Part shown: positions 53,279-63,083 of the stretch, piece by piece
Layout: the number at the start of each line of letters is the position of its first letter
Position numbering within the stretch: position 1 is the first letter of the stretch
Source: Oligoflexales bacterium
Lineage (GTDB): Bacteria > Bdellovibrionota_B > Oligoflexia > Oligoflexales > Bog-1112
NCBI GenBank assembly: GCA_045106415.1
Contig: JBGCEP010000035.1
Location: 1 to 64,000, forward strand
Length of the DNA stretch: 64,000 nucleotides
Direction: 5' to 3'
The notes under the pieces: generated by a model
Databases searched by the model: none
Told to the model about the DNA's origin: nothing
What the model saw: the letters and a program-made list of their open reading frames with translations, nothing else
Program-made: the position numbers and the translations under genes

Positions 53279-55111
53279 ATGATGTCGTCTCAATCTTTCT
53301 GGAGTGTCATTCCTCGATTAGGATCTTGGAAACTGTGTTTAAGAGCGAGTGTTTTTTTATTTTGGGTTTATTTTATTGTTTCTCTTCTCTCTTTTCATCC
53401 CTTGGATAGTTCGTATTTTAGTGTTTCATATCCGATAAGAGACACCATGAATTATGGAGGGGTGCTAGGCGCTTGGTTGGCATCGTGGGTTGTTTATACA
53501 ACTGGCTTTTCTATATTTTTATTTTTATTAGCAATTCCTGGAATGATGATCAGAAAATATAGAAAAATATCAATCACCTTTTATCTTAGTGTCCCATTTG
53601 TTTTTATGTTTATAACGAGTTTGTTTCAATTCTCTTTTTTATATCGTGGGTACCCAATTTTATTGGGAGGTGTTTATGGGTATGAAGCCTCAAAAAATTT
53701 AGTGCATATATTGGGTTTTTTCGGTTTTTGGATTTTTAATATGACGATTTTTATTTTACCTTGGATTTTTTGCTATAAAAATAATCTTAAAAAAATTCTT
53801 ATAAAAACTTTCCAATTTTCAACAAGAAGGCCACATCTTTTGCAGAAAAGTTCAACTGTGCCCACTGAAAATATTGTACAACCTTATTCAAAAGATGATT
53901 ATTGGTCAGGGCCAAGGCAAATGCTGAAAAAATCAGAAACAACCTCTGTTCAAAATCGATCAGAGCTTGAGCAAACAAGTCAAAAAATTGTTGAAATATT
54001 AAAAGATTTTAATATAGAAGGAGAAGTCATTGGCTATGAGTGTGGGCCTGTTGTTGCAACATATCATTTTCAGCTTGCTCCAGGTATAAGGCAAGCCAAG
54101 GTTCAGACAATTTCTGATGATTTGGCTCTTTGTTTAAGAGTTGAATCTGTTTTTATATCTGCATTAGCTGAAAAAAAATCAATAGGTATTCAAGTCCCTC
54201 ATCAGCAAAGAGAACTGGTGTGTTTAGGTGATTTATTGGATATTGCTGACTTTGATCATGGTTCTCCATTATTAGTATGCTTAGGACGAGCAGCAAGCGG
54301 CAAACCTGTGACCGTTGATTTAGCTGAAATGCCGCATTTATTGATTGCTGGAGCAACAGGTTCAGGGAAATCAGTAGGGATTAATACTCTTTTAATTAGT
54401 TTATTGATGAGGGCTTCCCCTGAAGATCTTCAGATGATTCTCATTGATCCTAAACAGCTTGAACTTGCTATGTATGAGGGAATTCCTCATTTGCTTATGC
54501 CCGTATTAACAGATCCACAAAAAGCAACCGTTGCATTAAGATGGGTCGTGAAAGAAATGGAAAGAAGATATAGTGTCTTACAACAAGCGGGTGTTCGCAA
54601 TATACAATCATTTAAAACAAACCCCACAGAATCTATGCCATATTTATTGGTTGTCATTGATGAGCTCGCAGATTTGATGTTAACTGCTTCTGCAGACATT
54701 GAGCTCTTGATTCAAAGATTAGCTCAAAAAGCGAGAGCTTGTGGTATTCATATGGTGCTTGCAACACAAAGACCCTCTGTGGATGTTATTACAGGTGTGA
54801 TTAAAGCAAATCTACCATCAAGAATTGCGTATCAAGTTTTTTCTAGGCATGACAGTCGAACTATTTTAGATCAAATAGGAGCAGAGAACTTACTGGGTAA
54901 AGGAGATCTCTTGCTTATGACCCCAGGGAAAAAGAATCCTGAAAGGATTCAAAGTGCTTTTGTATCAGATGAAGAAGTTTTAAAGGTGATAGGTGAGCTT
55001 AAAACGTCTGAAATGAAGGCTGAATCTGAAGCTCTGCAGTGGATTGAGAAATATGAAGACCAAAGTGGTAAAAAATCTAAATCAAAATTAAATTCTGCAG
55101 ATATTGAGTGA
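53279..55111 (+). CDS. ftsK: DNA translocase FtsK (no C-terminal gamma domain)
   Basis: N-terminal TM region with NYGGVLGA, PHLLIAGATGSGKS, VVIDELADLM, ATQRPSVDVITG, GAENLLGKGDLL. Confidence 0.93.
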   Translation: MMSSQSFWSVIPRLGSWKLCLRASVFLFWVYFIVSLLSFHPLDSSYFSVSYPIRDTMNYGGVLGAWLASWVVYTTGFSIFLFLLAIPGMMIRKYRKISITFYLSVPFVFMFITSLFQFSFLYRGYPILLGGVYGYEASKNLVHILGFFGFWIFNMTIFILPWIFCYKNNLKKILIKTFQFSTRRPHLLQKSSTVPTENIVQPYSKDDYWSGPRQMLKKSETTSVQNRSELEQTSQKIVEILKDFNIEGEVIGYECGPVVATYHFQLAPGIRQAKVQTISDDLALCLRVESVFISALAEKKSIGIQVPHQQRELVCLGDLLDIADFDHGSPLLVCLGRAASGKPVTVDLAEMPHLLIAGATGSGKSVGINTLLISLLMRASPEDLQMILIDPKQLELAMYEGIPHLLMPVLTDPQKATVALRWVVKEMERRYSVLQQAGVRNIQSFKTNPTESMPYLLVVIDELADLMLTASADIELLIQRLAQKARACGIHMVLATQRPSVDVITGVIKANLPSRIAYQVFSRHDSRTILDQIGAENLLGKGDLLLMTPGKKNPERIQSAFVSDEEVLKVIGELKTSEMKAESEALQWIEKYEDQSGKKSKSKLNSADIE

Positions 55112-55116
55112 TGTCG

Positions 55117-56154
55117 TCATTGAAGAGATTTTAAAATTCTTTCAGAGAACTTTTCTAATGAAAAATTTTCTTGTGCTTGACTTGCTCTTTCATTACGTGT
55201 TTCCAAGTTCTCTTGTTGATATTTATGAAAATAATCTGCTATAAACATAGCTCTTTCGTGGTGCGGGATATGTTTCCATGATGCTCCAAAATCTTTTTCT
55301 ATAAGCGTTTCTTCTAAGCTTCCGACCCCTGAAGTTAAGACTGGGCAACCGCACATTAAAAATTCTTGAGCAACGCGGCATATGACTTCAGATCCAAGGC
55401 TGGAGACAACTCCAACAACAGCATTTCTCATGATTTCATTTTTATTTTCAATAATTTTTGTCGTAATGACTACGTTCTGAGCAATATTAAGATCATTAGA
55501 TTTTTTGATAATTTCATTTGCTGTTGTGTTTTTCTCTTCTCCAATAATTTTTAGGATTGTATTTTTTGGCATTCCAAATTTAAAGCTTTGAGCAAATATT
55601 TCTAAAAATTCTTTATGACCTTTCACTGGATCGAGGCGTCCAAAGATTAAAAGATAAGGAGGGTGTTGTTTCTTCTGTGTGAAAGTGTGCAAATTTTGAA
55701 CATCAAGGCCTAGAGGAATTGAAATAACTCTTTCTGGATAAGGATCGATGCCTTTTATTTTTTCAGCAATAGCATTTGATGGTGTTATTAATCTTCTTGT
55801 TTTTATATGGGATAAGAAATGTCTAATTTTATTTTGCTTGCGATCTTCACCGATAAATCTGATGATGTGCTGGTGATTTGTTATGTGTGCTAAAAATTCT
55901 TCTTGCCCTCCATAAGTAAATACAAGATCGGATTTAGTTTTGCGAATTTGAAAAAAAGAATATAGTCGTGGATTAAAGTTTTTGAGTTCTTTGACTTCAA
56001 TTTTTAATTCTTTAAAGCGTTTCGCAGCAGGTGATTTTTCTAAACAAAATACGACTTGATGATGTTGTGTTTTGAGTAAAGATTGAGCGCAGCGCACCGC
56101 ATATTCTGTGATAGCGGAATTCCATCTATTTGAAATTAAATGAAGTATTTTCAT
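55117..56154 (-). CDS. Glycosyltransferase family 4
   Basis: MKILHL, FGRLDPVKGH, SSLGSEVICRVAQE. Confidence 0.85.
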   Translation of the reverse strand: MKILHLISNRWNSAITEYAVRCAQSLLKTQHHQVVFCLEKSPAAKRFKELKIEVKELKNFNPRLYSFFQIRKTKSDLVFTYGGQEEFLAHITNHQHIIRFIGEDRKQNKIRHFLSHIKTRRLITPSNAIAEKIKGIDPYPERVISIPLGLDVQNLHTFTQKKQHPPYLLIFGRLDPVKGHKEFLEIFAQSFKFGMPKNTILKIIGEEKNTTANEIIKKSNDLNIAQNVVITTKIIENKNEIMRNAVVGVVSSLGSEVICRVAQEFLMCGCPVLTSGVGSLEETLIEKDFGASWKHIPHHERAMFIADYFHKYQQENLETRNERASQAQENFSLEKFSERILKSLQ

Positions 56155-56903
56155 AGATATCTTTCCATTTCATGAAGTTTTGAAAATTTAGTCCAGGCAT
56201 AAAAACTACTAATCATGGCATAAGTATAGCCACGAGAACCGTCAAGAAAACCCAAACGAAGAATGTATCTATTGATAAATTCAATCCAAAATCTTAGCCA
56301 AAAATTTACTGTTGTGCATTTTCTTTTGTTTGTATAGTGATTTTTTGCGACAAGTTGTGTGTATTTATTAAATCTTTCAAAGTAGTCGCAGAGATTTGTA
56401 TAACTATAATGCCATAGAACACCTTGAATATGAGATATTTTCCCAGATATGATAAGTTTTTCATGAATAGGATGTTGATAAAGGCTATTTTCTTTTTTAA
56501 AAAGTCGTATAACAAGATCTGAAGTCCTACCAAAGTTCATTTTTTTTCCTTGGAAAACTAATTTTCTTTTAATACTAAATCCTTGAAGGTGTATAGGAGG
56601 ATTTGACATGATTTTTGCAATTGATTTTTTGAGTTGATCATCTAAAACTTCGTCGGCATCAATCATAAAAATCCAGGGTGTTTTTGCTATTTTTATTGCT
56701 GCGTTTCTTTGTTGTGAGTAATCATCAAATTTACGTTTTCTGATATGTGCAGAGAATTTGGCAGCAATATGTGTTGTTTGATCTGTACTTCCAGAGTCAA
56801 GTATTAAGATGTTACTTCCAGAAGGTAAAGAAGATAGGCATCTTTCGATATTACGTTGTTCATTATATGTGATTAATACAAATGTAAGATTAGAGAAACT
56901 CAT
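56151..56903 (-). CDS. Glycosyltransferase family 2 (LPS core beta-1,4-glucosyltransferase-like)
   Basis: ITYNEQ, DSGSTD, QRN, IDADE, IHE, LGFLDG. Confidence 0.88.
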   Translation of the reverse strand: MSFSNLTFVLITYNEQRNIERCLSSLPSGSNILILDSGSTDQTTHIAAKFSAHIRKRKFDDYSQQRNAAIKIAKTPWIFMIDADEVLDDQLKKSIAKIMSNPPIHLQGFSIKRKLVFQGKKMNFGRTSDLVIRLFKKENSLYQHPIHEKLIISGKISHIQGVLWHYSYTNLCDYFERFNKYTQLVAKNHYTNKRKCTTVNFWLRFWIEFINRYILRLGFLDGSRGYTYAMISSFYAWTKFSKLHEMERYL

Positions 56904-57244
56904 GTGTCATACCTCATCTTATGGATTTTTTGAGGTTATCATATATTTGATTTTTTTCGTCGAAAAGTATCTTGGTTTAAAAAATGATAAAAACACATTT
57001 CGTTTTAGAATAAATTATTTTTTAGAATGTTATTTAAAAAATTTCACATGGGTGAAAATATTGCACGTTTTTAGATGTTGTTTTCTAATAGAAATTATTT
57101 TGATCTCATTTTTTTAAAAAATGCCTAGACTCTTTGTTTTCTTAAATGCTTTTGGTATGGCTTGCAGTTTTTAGCTGCTCATCATACTTTTGTTGAGGAT
57201 ATAGAGAAAAGAGTCTAAATAGCCTCGATAAAGGATATAGCGTT

Positions 57245-58321
57245 ATGAACCAGCTTAAAAAAACAGCATTAACAGATTGGCATACAAAAGAAGGAGCTGT
57301 GATGGCTCCATTTGCTGGTTGGAATATGCCGTTGCGTTATTCAAGTGTAATTAAAGAGCATCACGCTGTGCGTCAAAACGCTGGGGTTTTTGATGTTAGT
57401 CATATGGGTGAATTTATTGTCTCAGGTGATGATACTATGCGTTTTTTACAGAGCGTGACTATCAATGATATTACCAAGCTCAGTGTTGGTGAGGGGCAAT
57501 ACACAGCGATGTGCCAACAAGATGGAGGTATGATTGATGATTTGATTTTATATCGTGTCGCATGTAATGAAGTCTTATTGTGTGTGAATGCAAGTAATAT
57601 TCAAAAAGATTTTGATTGGTTACAGAGTCATATTAAGTCTTTTAATGTTTCTTTAAAGGATGAGTCACCTGAGTGGTCTCAAATTGCTTTGCAAGGACCC
57701 GCGAGTATTGAGTGTCTTCAAAAAGCAACAGGTATGCAAGCTGAATTGAAGTATATGGAAATTCAAAATTTCACTTGGAATCAAGAAAATACTTTCATAG
57801 CACGTACAGGTTACACCGGAGAGCAAGGTATAGAATGGTATCTTCCTCATAGTGTCGCGCTGGCAGCTTGGGAAGCTCTTGTTGGAGCGGGAGCTTCTCC
57901 AATTGGTTTAGGTGCTCGCGACACACTCCGCTTAGAAGCTTGTTACTTGCTGTATGGACAAGATATGAACGAAGCAACCTCAGCATTAGAGGCTGGTCTT
58001 GGATGGGCAACAAAGCTCGAGTATGATTTTGTAGGGCAAGCAACCTTAAAAAAGCAAAAAGAAGAAGGTGTTAGGAGGCGTATTGTCGCGTTCCAAATGC
58101 AAGACAGAGGAGTTCCTCGGGCTGGTATGGAGGTCTATCAAGGTATGGAAAAAGTTGGTGTCGTGACGAGTGGATCTGTGTTACCAAGCTTAGATGCTTT
58201 TGGTGGGTTATTGATGTTGGACCGTTCTGTTAAGATAAATGAAGACGTTTTGGTTGATGTTCGTGGTCGAAAAATAAGTGCCAAAATCATGAAAAAACCG
58301 ATGTATCAAGCTCGATTGTAA
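57245..58321 (+). CDS. gcvT: Glycine cleavage system aminomethyltransferase T
   Basis: FAGWNMP, FDVSHMGE, RTGYTGE, GLGARDTLRLEA. Confidence 0.98.
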   Translation: MNQLKKTALTDWHTKEGAVMAPFAGWNMPLRYSSVIKEHHAVRQNAGVFDVSHMGEFIVSGDDTMRFLQSVTINDITKLSVGEGQYTAMCQQDGGMIDDLILYRVACNEVLLCVNASNIQKDFDWLQSHIKSFNVSLKDESPEWSQIALQGPASIECLQKATGMQAELKYMEIQNFTWNQENTFIARTGYTGEQGIEWYLPHSVALAAWEALVGAGASPIGLGARDTLRLEACYLLYGQDMNEATSALEAGLGWATKLEYDFVGQATLKKQKEEGVRRRIVAFQMQDRGVPRAGMEVYQGMEKVGVVTSGSVLPSLDAFGGLLMLDRSVKINEDVLVDVRGRKISAKIMKKPMYQARL

Positions 58322-58331
58322 GGAGAGAACA

Positions 58332-58709
58332 ATGAATTTACCAACTGAACTACACTACACAAAAGATCATGAGTGGGTGAGTGCAACTTCTGGTGAAGTT
58401 ATGATTGGTGTTTCAGCATTTGCTATTGAACAGCTCGGCGATATTGTCCATGTGGATTTGCCGTCGGTTGGAGATGAGCTTGTGGCTGGAGACCCTTTTG
58501 GAAGTATTGAATCGACTAAAACGGTTTCAGATCTTTACTCCCCGGGAAATGGTATTGTGACAGCGGTTCACGATAGTATTTTAGAAAATCCTGAAAAATT
58601 ACAAGAAGACGCCTATCATGAAGGCTGGCTTGTTAAAATTAAGCTTTCAGAATCTATTGATGGCGCTATGTCATCAACAGATTATGAAGCTTATCTACAA
58701 GATTCTTAA
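58332..58709 (+). CDS. gcvH: Glycine cleavage system H protein
   Basis: YTKDHEW, LGDIV, IESTKTVSD (lipoyl lysine), GWL. Confidence 0.97.
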   Translation: MNLPTELHYTKDHEWVSATSGEVMIGVSAFAIEQLGDIVHVDLPSVGDELVAGDPFGSIESTKTVSDLYSPGNGIVTAVHDSILENPEKLQEDAYHEGWLVKIKLSESIDGAMSSTDYEAYLQDS

Positions 58710-58724
58710 ATTGCGTTGTGCAAT

Positions 58725-61538
58725 TTAAGAATCCTCATGAAGAATCGAGTCGTCACAAGAACAAATAAGGTTTCGATCACCGTAAGCTTCGTCTATTCGT
58801 GCGCAGCTTGGCCAGACTTTATGAGTTTTTGTAGACTCGGTAGGAAAAACAGCTGTTTCACGACTGTAGCTATGCTTCCAATCTTGAACAAGAGAATGTA
58901 AGGTATGAGGTGCGTTGACCAGCACGTTGTCGTCTTTTGCAGCTCGGCCTTCTTCAATCTCTTTTATTTCTTTTCTAATTTGAATCATGGCATCACAGAA
59001 TCGGTCGATTTCTTCAAGGTTCTCACTTTCTGTAGGTTCAACCATCATGGTGCCAGCAACAGGAAAAGATACTGTTGGTGCGTGAAAACCATAGTCCATC
59101 AGTCGTTTTGCAATGTCTGTGACTTGAATGTTTGCTGTTTTTTGGAAAGGCCGCATATCTAAAATGCATTCGTGAGCGACGCGATTGTTTTTTCCTGTGA
59201 ATAACAAATCATAGTGTTTTTTCAGTCGATTGGCCATGTAGTTTGCGCTAAGTATAGAGATTTGAGATGCTTTTTTAAGCCCATCAGCACCCATCATACG
59301 AATATAAGACCAACTAATAGGTAGGACACCAGCACTTCCAAAAGGAGCTGATGTGATTGGTGCAATAGCTTGGTTGTTTGGAGTGATTTCTGTAGTGGGA
59401 AGAAAAGGTTGTAAATGCTTTTTAACACCGACAGGCCCAACGCCGGGCCCACCACCCCCGTGAGGGATACTAAAAGTTTTATGGAGATTAAGGTGACAAA
59501 CGTCAGCGCCGTAATGACCAGGAAAGCAAAGTCCGACTTGTGCATTCATGTTTGCCCCATCTAAGTATACTTGCCCACCATGCTGATGAATTAATTCACA
59601 CACTTCAGTGATATGTTCTTCAAAAACACCGTGGGTAGATGGATAGGTGATCATGAGAGCGCCAAGAGAATCATGATACTTTACGCAGAGGCTTTGGAGG
59701 TGCTTAAGGTCGATATTTCCATTGTCTTCACATTGTATGGGGATCACCTTAAACCCCGCCATCATAGCACTGGCAGGGTTAGTTCCGTGTGCTGATTTAG
59801 GGATGAGGCAGATGTTTCTTTGGTGTTGTCCTTGTGATTGTTGCCAAGCCTTGATCATGAGAAGGCCTGTGTATTCGCCTTGAGCCCCAGAGTTAGGTTG
59901 AATACTCATGGCGTCAAACCCAGTAATCGCTGCTAGGTCGTTTTCGAGCTCTTGGATTAACTGGAGCCATCCTTTCGTTTGTGAACGAGGAGCATATGGG
60001 TGGATGTTGCAAAGCTCTGGCCAAGTGATTGGTGTGAGTGCAGCTGCAGGGTTGAGTTTCATGGTACAAGATCCTAGTGGGATCATACTATGTGTCAGAG
60101 AGATATCTTTATTCTCAAGGTGTTTGAGATATCTCATCATGGCTGTTTCGCTTTGGTGTTTGTGAAAAACGTGTTGAGTGAGAAAAGCCGAAGATCTTTG
60201 ATGTTTAATGTCTACATTTTGAGGTTCTGGCGGTGTTTGTGTGGTTTTAATATTAAAAATATTTAAAATTTGACATAAATCTTCAAAAGTCGTGGTTTCA
60301 TCGACAGAAATACTGACAGCTTTTTCAAAGTATCTAAAATTAAAACCATGCTGTTCTGCGATGGTTTGTAGGACTGCAGTGTTTTTATATGGAATATAAA
60401 CTGTGTCGAAAAATTGAGTGTGTTGACAAGGGATGTGATGATGCTCTAGTTGATCAGCTAAAAATTTTGCATAACTGTGAATGCGTAGAGCAATGTTTTT
60501 TAATCCCTTTGGTCCATGCCAGACTGCATACATACCTGCGATGTTTGCAAGCAAAGCCTGAGCTGTGCAGATGTTGCTTGTCGCTTTCTCACGGCGAATG
60601 TGTTGCTCACGAGTTTGCAAAGCAAGTCTGCGTGCAGGTTTCCCTTCTCTATCCTTAGAGAGTCCTACAATGCGGCCGGGTATAAGGCGTTTGTGGGCCT
60701 CTTTTGTAGCAAAATAAGCAGCGTGAGGTCCTCCGAAGCCATAAGGGACTCCAAATCTTTGTGTGTTGCCTACAGCGATATCCGCTCCTAGCTCAGCAGG
60801 GCTTTTTATCAGCGTGAGAGCAAGAATATCTGCTACGAGGATAACGAAGCAGTCATGATTTTTTGCTTGCTCAATGAGTAAGTGGAGGTCTTCAATAGAT
60901 CCTTCGGTGTCAGGGTATTGAATCACAATACTGTCGTATTTTTCTGCTTGAAAGTTGTGAAAATTATCTACATCACAGGCAATATCAGCTCCGTCACATC
61001 TTCCTTGGGTGACTGCTATATTTTGAGGATGAAGCTTATCTGATAAAAAGGTTCGGCCCTTTGACTTTTTTTTGGCTCTTTGTGCTAGAAACACCGCTTC
61101 GGCAGTAGCTGTGCCCTCATCGAGTAAAGAGGCGTTTGCAATTGGAAGGCCTGTAAGCTCGGTAATCACAGTTTGAAAGTTCATTAAAGCTTCAAGGCGC
61201 CCTTGGGCGATTTCAGCTTGATATGGAGTATATTGTGTGTACCACCCTGGATTTTCCAGAAGATTTCGGCGGATGACAGCAGGAGTTTCTGTGCCAGAAT
61301 AACCTTGGCCGATAAAGTTTTTAAAATTTTCATTTTGACTGGCTCTATCTCGAATCGCTGCCATGGATTCTTCTTCTGAGAGTGCTGTGATCTGAGGTTG
61401 ATGATCTGTTTGGATGCTTTTAGGGAGTGTTTGGGTAACAAGCTCTGCAAGTGAATTTATACCCAAGGATTGAAGCATCTTGCTTTGTTCTTCGGAAGAA
61501 GGGCCAATATGTCTTGTTTCAAAAGATCGATATGTCAT
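58725..61538 (-). CDS. gcvP: Glycine dehydrogenase (decarboxylating), single-chain P protein
   Basis: RHIGP, YTPYQAEIAQGRLE, TSNICTAQ, PLGSCTMK, LNLHKTF, HGGGGPG. Confidence 0.99.
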   Translation of the reverse strand: MTYRSFETRHIGPSSEEQSKMLQSLGINSLAELVTQTLPKSIQTDHQPQITALSEEESMAAIRDRASQNENFKNFIGQGYSGTETPAVIRRNLLENPGWYTQYTPYQAEIAQGRLEALMNFQTVITELTGLPIANASLLDEGTATAEAVFLAQRAKKKSKGRTFLSDKLHPQNIAVTQGRCDGADIACDVDNFHNFQAEKYDSIVIQYPDTEGSIEDLHLLIEQAKNHDCFVILVADILALTLIKSPAELGADIAVGNTQRFGVPYGFGGPHAAYFATKEAHKRLIPGRIVGLSKDREGKPARRLALQTREQHIRREKATSNICTAQALLANIAGMYAVWHGPKGLKNIALRIHSYAKFLADQLEHHHIPCQHTQFFDTVYIPYKNTAVLQTIAEQHGFNFRYFEKAVSISVDETTTFEDLCQILNIFNIKTTQTPPEPQNVDIKHQRSSAFLTQHVFHKHQSETAMMRYLKHLENKDISLTHSMIPLGSCTMKLNPAAALTPITWPELCNIHPYAPRSQTKGWLQLIQELENDLAAITGFDAMSIQPNSGAQGEYTGLLMIKAWQQSQGQHQRNICLIPKSAHGTNPASAMMAGFKVIPIQCEDNGNIDLKHLQSLCVKYHDSLGALMITYPSTHGVFEEHITEVCELIHQHGGQVYLDGANMNAQVGLCFPGHYGADVCHLNLHKTFSIPHGGGGPGVGPVGVKKHLQPFLPTTEITPNNQAIAPITSAPFGSAGVLPISWSYIRMMGADGLKKASQISILSANYMANRLKKHYDLLFTGKNNRVAHECILDMRPFQKTANIQVTDIAKRLMDYGFHAPTVSFPVAGTMMVEPTESENLEEIDRFCDAMIQIRKEIKEIEEGRAAKDDNVLVNAPHTLHSLVQDWKHSYSRETAVFPTESTKTHKVWPSCARIDEAYGDRNLICSCDDSILHEDS

Positions 61539-61625
61539 GAAGTCCGCCTACAGCTAAAAATTAGCTTTATCATACAGCCTTGCGCTTAGACATGGAAACC
61601 TTGGGGTCGATTGAATTCGTAAGAT

Positions 61626-63080
61626 TTAAAAAATGCGTTTTTTGCGCTTAGAGGAAGGTAAAATTTTGAGTTGTTCACGATATTTGGCAACAGTTCTACG
61701 TGCTATTTCCAAGCCTTGCTCTTTAAGGTGATTGGAAATCCATTGATCAGAGTAGGGTTTTTGTGAGTTTTCTTTTTGTATGACAAGTCGAATCATTTCT
61801 CGAATAGATTCGCTTGCAACTTCTGTTCCATCTGTACGACTTGTTCCCCCTCCAAAAAAGTATTTAAGTTCAAAAACACCCCGTGGTGTGTGAATATACT
61901 TATGGCTGGTGACACGACTGACAGTAGATTCATGCATTTCTATGTCGTCGGCCACATCCTTAAGAATCATCGGTGAGAGAAATTGAATACCATGTTCGAA
62001 GAACTTTTCTTGTCGCTCGACAATTCGAGTTGCAACTTTAAAAATTGTTTGTTGGCGCTGTTCTAAGCTTTTAATAAGCCAATTTGCTGATTTAACTTTT
62101 TCATTGATAAATGTTTTGTCGTCTTTATTTTTAGGATTTAACTTATCAAAATACTCACTGATTCTGAGGTGTGGTAAACCGTCATCGTTTAAAGACACGA
62201 CCCATTGTCCACTGAGTTTAAAAACATAAACATCTGGAATGATGTAAAGTGTTGGATCTTTTTGAAAGTCCCTACCTGGGAAAGGATCTAAATCTGCAAG
62301 CAACCCAAGAGCTTCAGTAAGTTCGCTATCTGAGATTTGGAGTGGTTTTTTTAAGTTTTGCAGGCACCCAGATTCGATGTCTGTCATGTGGTGTTCTAAG
62401 AGAAGATGAACTAAAGGGTTACGAATTTGAAAGTGACGAGCTTGATTTTTTAAGCATTCTTGCAAGTTGCGAGCGGCAATTCCTGGAGGGTCAAATCTTT
62501 GAATTGTATCTAGAACACCTTCAACTGAGACGAGATTTTGGTGGCATGTTTTGCAGAGCTCTTCTGTGGTCATATCGAGATAACCACGCTCATTGATATT
62601 GCCTATGACCATCTCAGCGATTTTTAATTCGTCGTCAGAGAAATCAATTTCAGCTAATTGATCCTGTAGGTATTCACTGAGATTTTTGCCTCTTGTGACG
62701 ACATTTTCATAATTAAAGGTTTCGTCATTATTGTTGGATTTTTGAGAAGCAGGAGCCACGTTTTCTTTGATACGAGCGAGAGCTTCCCAGTCGACTTCAT
62801 TTGGTTTGTCATCTGCCGAATCCATCATAGTTGACGCAGAAGCGAGGTTTTCGCTCATGATCTCTTCGGTGGTGCGTTCTTTTAAAATTTCAGTTTGTCG
62901 AATCTCTTCATTAGATTCTTGAAAACCTTCTTCTAACGCAGGGTTCTCAAGAAGTTGCTCATTGATGTATTGTTCGAGTTCGAGGCGAGAGAGCTGCAAA
63001 AGCTTGATGGCTTGCTGTAGCTGTGGAGTCATTAAAAGCTGTTGACCAAGCTTTAAATTTTGACGAATATCCAAAACCAT
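61626..63080 (-). CDS. rpoN: RNA polymerase sigma-54 factor
   Basis: MTPQLQQAIKLLQL, HESTVSR, RpoN box ARRTVAKYRE. Confidence 0.98.
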   Translation of the reverse strand: MVLDIRQNLKLGQQLLMTPQLQQAIKLLQLSRLELEQYINEQLLENPALEEGFQESNEEIRQTEILKERTTEEIMSENLASASTMMDSADDKPNEVDWEALARIKENVAPASQKSNNNDETFNYENVVTRGKNLSEYLQDQLAEIDFSDDELKIAEMVIGNINERGYLDMTTEELCKTCHQNLVSVEGVLDTIQRFDPPGIAARNLQECLKNQARHFQIRNPLVHLLLEHHMTDIESGCLQNLKKPLQISDSELTEALGLLADLDPFPGRDFQKDPTLYIIPDVYVFKLSGQWVVSLNDDGLPHLRISEYFDKLNPKNKDDKTFINEKVKSANWLIKSLEQRQQTIFKVATRIVERQEKFFEHGIQFLSPMILKDVADDIEMHESTVSRVTSHKYIHTPRGVFELKYFFGGGTSRTDGTEVASESIREMIRLVIQKENSQKPYSDQWISNHLKEQGLEIARRTVAKYREQLKILPSSKRKKRIF

Positions 63081-63083
63081 AAG

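Noticed and set aside
56809..57117. 102-aa Phe/Ile-rich ORF
   Set aside because: Overlaps the GT2 start on the opposite strand and mirrors the AT-rich intergenic composition
57153..57166. Sigma54-like TGGTATGGCTTGCA upstream of gcvT
   Set aside because: GG-to-GC spacing is 8 nt, not the required 10
57120..57244. Glycine riboswitch upstream of gcvT
   Set aside because: Conserved aptamer elements (GGAGA...CCGAAG, CUCUCAGG) not found
53148..57244. dif site near ftsK or in the AT-rich block
   Set aside because: No XerC/XerD box pair (…TTATGTTAAAT) seen by eye in the intergenic parts
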